This document shows positions 58,627 through 64,000 of a stretch of 64,000 nt of DNA, piece after piece (the first letter of the stretch is position 1; each line of letters starts with the position of its first letter). Source of the stretch: Zygnema circumcarinatum SAG 698-1b (lineage: Eukaryota; Plantae; Zygnematophyceae); the NCBI GenBank assembly GCA_037447605.1, contig CM074811.1:1116001-1180000 (forward strand), in the 5' to 3' direction. Below the pieces are notes generated by a model. That model was given only the letters and a program-made list of their open reading frames with translations. It did no database searches and was not told the DNA's origin. The translations under genes were made by a program, and so were the position numbers.

Positions 58627-59993
58627 CTAAGCAGCTCGTCTGAGTGTTCGGGCGAGAAGCCAGTAGCAAACTTGATCAATCGAGGATAAGAAAATGATCA
58701 TGACTACTACCACTGCCATGGTGATGCTTGCGACTGTAACCTGTAATAACAGAACAACACTAAAACAATGGTTATCTTACTGTCGACAAAAGAAACAATC
58801 ATTTGAATAAAGGCTTCAACAAGAAAGGCACGAACTTAATTGTGAGTGTAGTGAACTGGAGAACATGGCCTCAATAATCTTGAAAACTTATCAGGGCAAA
58901 ACTTCGTTTTCTTTGTAGGGCTGTACGTTTACCAGGTCCCGTAAGCTCGGCCATTTTATCATCGCAGCCTCTCGAGGAAGCCACCGCAGAAAGGCGATCA
59001 TCTCGATGAAAAACCTATGAACAAAACAAAACAAGCAGACCGCCTATATGAGCAGTGAGAAGTGTTAGTCATTTATATTTTCTTGCTTCAGTCTCTTCTA
59101 TAAGAGCGTTTTTTATAACACAAGGGCAGAAGGGCTGAGAGAGGGCCATCGATCAGAGACTGCACAAGTTACAACCATTCGAGCCTGAAATGCCCTATGG
59201 AAAACAAACACACACTGTGAATGATGAACGGTGGTGCCAAACGAACACTGAGTATCACTACCACCTTCTAAATTGAGTGTCCAAGACTTGCTCCATCTTT
59301 GCTTCCTTCCAGGTAGTTCTAATCATGTTTTTCATGAAACATGAGGTAGTGGAATCTGACGCAGGCATCTCTTATACAAGAGGCAAGGATACCGTCCTAT
59401 AGCCTATAGTGCTTAGCTTTCTACTTGTCTCTAACTGTCAATTTGTGCTTCTACTCTCAAATTATAATTTTTCTAATTAGGAATGGAGGCGCTAATTTAT
59501 CTCTACTGCATTCTGACGAATGCATTCCTTGTATGAGTGCCACATCTACCGCAATCCAGACAGCCACAGGTGTTCGCTGCCCTGAAAACCCTAAAGGCAT
59601 GGAAAGGAGCGCAGCTCACTTTGAAAAATCATCCTCCACATCCTCAAGATCTTCTTCTGGTGCAAAATTACCCGCAGAGCATTTCCAGGACTCCTGCATC
59701 CGCCTGTGGGCCGTGCTGCCCGCCTGCTCCCACTCCCCTACCTTCCACCCTCTCGCTCTTCTCAATCTCTCCCCTCCCCTCCCTTGCAAACATCCAACTA
59801 GACTGCTATCCAGGAATACAGGCGTCCGGCCGCCATGGCGAACAGCCTCTCTCACTACGAAGGGAAGGATCTGGCTTCGACAGTCGCAACTGAAGCTCTC
59901 TCGCCCACCATGGCTGCTCTCCTTTTCCAAAATCACACAGGGTCCAGCGACAGCTCCTGCTCCTTGGTTCAGGGAGAGGAAGGCAGCCGCCAT
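58627..59993 (-). CDS. Plastid SecE-family subunit, SECE2-like (middle exons uncertain)
   Basis: The first exon is transit-peptide-like (MAAAFLSLNQGAGAVAGPC...). Terminal exons give IKWPSLRDL|VTVASITMAVVVVMIIFLSSIDQVCYWLLARTLRRAA* (58740-58627), the SecE WPS motif followed by a C-terminal TM helix. Confidence 0.65.
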
Positions 59994-60027
59994 GGCCGCC
60001 ACCAAGCTTCTAGGCTTGGGATAACAA

Positions 60028-60125
60028 TTAGGGTTAGGGTTAGGGTCAGGCTTCAGTATTAGGGTCAGGATTCAGGGTTCAGAGTTAGGGTTAGGGTTAG
60101 GCTTAGCCGACAGTTAGGGTTAGGT
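60028..60125. repeat. Degenerate TTAGGG/TCAGGG telomere-like hexamer tract just upstream of the SECE2-like start
   Basis: TTAGGGTTAGGGTTAGGGTCAGG...TTAGGGTTAGGGTTAGG read directly. Confidence 0.7.
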
Positions 60126-61515
60126 TTAAAGGAGTCATTCAAGGCCCATGGAGCTCCATAGTAAAGTGTCCTCCAATGTGGGATTACCACGTGTAAAATC
60201 GTGACGCCACGTCTACCGTGTGGCAGGGTCGTCATTGGTCAATGGTCCAGGAAAAATTTTCGCAGCGGCCAATCCGGGCGGGCGGCAGGGCCTACACAAT
60301 CTTGACCGGATTCTGTCGGTAAACGTCAGGGCTACGATCCCGCGGGCGTAAGGTGACGTCAGCGCTACGGGCGGCGAGACTTAGAGCAGCCGTCACGTTC
60401 GTCGTGTGGAGAGCAGATCCCCCAGATTCGGGGGGCCCGGCACGTTCGTACAGGTAGGCAATAATATGAATGTACGGTAAATGTACGAACTCGCACCATG
60501 AGTGTACGAAGGGAGCAATGGCGGGCGGGCCAGGGCGGCGTGGCACGTGGGCGGTGCGCCAGCTGGCAGGGAGGGCGCGGCCGGGAGGGCGGAGACCGGA
60601 GGGAACAAGATTCGTTTCTTTATGTCGGAAAAGGACAAGGGAAGAAAATTAAAATGAATTTGGAGAAAAACAGAAAATATTGGAGTATGAAAAACGTTTT
60701 GGGAAATGAAATGGAGTGGGTTGTCGGTGGGAGAGAGTGTTGATGGGCGGGTGTAGTGGGTGGGTCGTTTTGGGGGGCGTCGCCATGAGTTGATCAAGGC
60801 TTTGGTCACTTCTCCGTCATGACATGAGCGATGCGACACGAACGGAGGGAGCATCACCAATCAACATCACCAAGTCAATCAGAGAGGGAATGGGACCGAC
60901 CGCGCACATGGGCGCTGGAAGACGCACGCAGCTCTATTGGAAAACTCGCTCTGAGAGACAAAGCGAAAAGTGCTAAACTCTTACGCGAGGACCAAAGCCC
61001 GAGCAAACTCGAAAGTAGACATGCTACAATTGCCTTCAAATTCTAGAGCGACCCATCCATCCATCCATCCATCGATAGCGACCGCCCCACGGAATCAACG
61101 CTCCAGATCGCGCCTGCAACGCGCGGTCCAATCGAAGCCCTCCATGGCGGAGCAATGGCGCCACATGGAAAGCCCCGAGTTCCAAGCAGGCAGGGCCCAC
61201 TCCGCCCGCCGGGCCGGCCCGTTCCATGCCGCGCCCGTTCGGCGGCCCGTTTCACGCTTCGAAGGGCGCCGCCTCCGGACGGACCGCCCCCTCGGCGCTC
61301 GGCGCGCAGTGGCGCGGCCTCGACCGCCGGCGCCGGTAGTCACGCGTCACGGGTCACGCGTCACATGTCAGGCGCTGACGGGCAGCTCTTGAGCGCGCCG
61401 CAGGGGAGGGGGGGAGAGAGGAGAGGAGAGGAGAGGAGAGGAGAGGAGAGGAGAGGAGAGGAGAGGAAGGGAGGGAGGGAGCGGGACGGACAAGGGGCGA
61501 CAGAAGCAGCAGCCA

Positions 61516-63053
61516 TGGCCGCTCTTGCAGCTCAGCGAAGACCAAGGACTTTCCCCAGCGAATACGTGGGCGTGCTCCTCGTGCAGAAGGAGGGGACTGA
61601 CTCGGAGTTTATCATAGTGAAGTCGAGTTCACAAATGAAGGACACAGCGACAGGGCTACGAGGAGAGGTGGGTGCAAAAATCAAGCATGTGCTTAATCTT
61701 TAAGTTGGTTTCGGTAGCGCAGCCTCACAGTATGTTTTTCCGGCCATGAAATGACATGCAGAAAAGGGAGACGAGCAGTGCACTCTTTCAAAGGCCATGT
61801 GCCTCTGACCGCACGCACATTGTGAGAGTGCCGCCAGTGGAGGCCATGGCTGGGAGAGGGAGGAAGCGAGATGTGTGCCCTCTGCCTGCGGGAGTGCTGG
61901 TCGTTGGGCCCCTCAGGGAGGGCCGCGACTGGAAGCGCGATGCAGGCAGTCGGCGCGAGAGCGGAGTGGCCATTGTGGTGCAGCCCGGGGACGAGGTCGT
62001 CGTCGGACGGCATGAGCTGGCAGAATTGTCTGCAGAGGGGCAAGATGGGCTTCCGCAGGGTTGGCGGCTCTTGCATGGGAGGAGGTGTGGGAGGGAAGTG
62101 CGAGGGCCGCTCTAAGGGGTGGGAGGAAGAAAGAGAGGAGTCGCTAGCAATGATTCGACATTCGAAGTAATTTTTTAGAAGTGATCCATAGCACTGCGTT
62201 GAGAATTTGCATAGATATCGATAACTGGGTGAGAGAATAGAGAGCGGTGGTAGTAGATTCAGAAAAGGGAGAAAAGAAAGGGGAGATATGAGAGATAAGA
62301 TAAAGAGTCTGAACTCGTATGGATGAATTCAAACTGTACAGATTGCAGTACGTTTTGGTAGGGTTTGAAAGACGCAACTCCTTGTTGGGTCGGTACGATA
62401 GGTTGGAAGTCAAGTGGCTAGGCTGTACATAAGACCTTGCCGAACTGGGATATTGCCACTGACCGTTTGAACCTGAGTGAGGCCTTCCAATGAGGCCATC
62501 GTCTCGTCGCCACTTTCTGTTGCTTGCGACTGATTTGATGTACATACAAGCCTGTTGCATAGGAAGGTTAAATGCAACGGATTTTTGAACTTTGTCATGG
62601 TGACTTTGAAGTTTGAATTACAAGAAAGAGAAATCGATTCCCGTGCGTGGACGTAAGTTTGTGTTTCTAATTCTACAAAAGAAGCTAATTCTACAATAGC
62701 TATGGTGAGGATACATGGTCCGTGGCATGTGGGCCAATCGCTGGAAACTGCAAGCTTTCTAAAACGTGATATCAGTCCAGTTAAACGGAGCCGGAAACAA
62801 AGCATCCTGTGGCAGTGATGCAAAATCATTGGCTTTTTCCCTTCAAAAGGATTGAACCAAACCTTCATGCAAATGGAACTGATACCTTCACCATTACACA
62901 CACATACCGTTATGTGAACGAGATCGTCCATAGCATTGTACACATTTCTTATCATAGAGGCATAACCTACCGCTTGCACAAACGAATAATCCTGAAGCAA
63001 CCCACATACGTCAACCTATTAGCATGCTGCATGCGGAATTATGCTTCCATGAG
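61516..63053 (+). CDS. Hypothetical multi-exon protein (family not recognised; probably continues or is truncated 3')
   Basis: GCCATGG start then MAALAAQRRPRTFPSEYVGVLLVQKEGTDSEFIIVKSSSQMKDTATGLRGE with a GT donor. Later exon-like frames read GVAIVVQPGDEVVVGRHELAELS and IEPNLHANGTDTFTITHTYRYVNEIVHSIVHISYHRG...NYASM, ending at a GTAAG donor. Confidence 0.5.
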
Positions 63054-63441
63054 GTAAGCACGCATCCCCATAGAGCCTCCGCGAGGGTCATCCGCGCCAT
63101 GGCAGCGCCGAGGGAGCCGCAGGAGACCGGTACTCTACCACAGTACCGTACGGTAACCCAACGTTCAAATTTCAGAAACTTAAAAAGGCCAAATCAAAAT
63201 TCTGAACTCAGTCCTCGGACATATGGGGTACCAAAAAGTGAGAAAAAACGTGTCTCGTTGTCCTGCTAAAGAAAGTCCCTCATTGGCCTAGCGGCGTTGT
63301 CGCAGGCGTCGCCAGCCAATGTCCGCGCTCCGTGTCGTCGCACGGCGTCGCATGGCGTCGCCCTGCGACCCTCCTTCTCGCCTCGCTGCAGCTTAGGGCG
63401 GGACGCGGTCGCTCGCAAGTGGCGGCCGCTCTCATCAATAG

Positions 63442-64000
63442 GGGTAGTGATATTTCCACCCCTTTTTTGGATCCAAACACCCTTTCCCGGCCGGGCAGAT
63501 TTCAAAAGGGATTAAAAATGCTTTTTTCACACCTTTTTGGAATCGATACCCACCTTCTTCCGTCGGCTGATTTTATTTTTGCTAACCAAGGAAAATGATA
63601 CCCCGTCACCGCATTTTGAATACTGTATCCCGCCTACCTGAATTTTTTTTTTGAGGGAAAGAAATATCTGCCTGCCCGAATCCGCTCGGAGCGGAAGATC
63701 CGTCCGCCACGAGATCGTTCGCGGGTGTCCGTCTTTCACACGTGTGTGTCAATCGCAGCTGTCGATTCCCTCGCAGATCGCACCACTGCAGATCACCGTT
63801 CGATCTGCAGCCGGCCTTGATCTCAGCGAATGGAAAGCGCCCACGAGTCCCGTCAAAGCCGGATCGCACTTGCGAGTGCGCGCGTACCTCGGCCCGAGAT
63901 CTTGTTCTATTGTCAGCTCCCAGCCAATCAACATTTGCCACGTGTTAAATTTTTGACGTGGAAAATTTTGATTGGTCCAAACTCTTTATGTACAAAATTT
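63442..64000 (+). mobile_element. Second copy of the non-autonomous MULE (left half; runs off the window)
   Basis: Nearly identical to 40901-41465, differing by a small indel and a few substitutions. Confidence 0.92.

Overview
Intron-rich eukaryotic nuclear DNA, most likely from a streptophyte green alga. This is an inference: plant-type ASG2, SECE2, CCCH and LRR genes sit beside a P2C Na+/K+-ATPase that land plants lack. The left ~38 kb is a gene block: an ASG2/WDTC1-like WD40-TPR gene (+, 5' end outside the window, C-terminal CaaX), a P2C Na+/K+-ATPase alpha-like gene (+), a kinesin-12-like gene (-), a CCA-adding enzyme (-), tRNA-Glu(CUC), a MATE transporter (-) and a KRVSW/CCCH zinc-finger gene (-). 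The 40-58 kb region is repeat- and transposon-rich: a Mutator-like element with a 9-bp TSD, foldback repeats and a MULE transposase remnant. It encloses a secreted LRR + Cys-rich + Pro/Arg-rich gene (-). Seven of its 72-nt LRR exons are tandem exon+intron cassettes with near-identical introns, variable mainly at the ligand-facing residues. The gene runs into a ~2.2-kb 24-bp satellite that carries an in-frame TGA in each unit. The right end has a SECE2-like gene (-), an unknown gene (+) and a second MULE copy. The strongest leads are the LRR cassette array with its satellite, and the P2C pump with substituted ion-binding residues and a Cys-rich M7-M8 loop. Exon boundaries were read by eye and no database searches were run.
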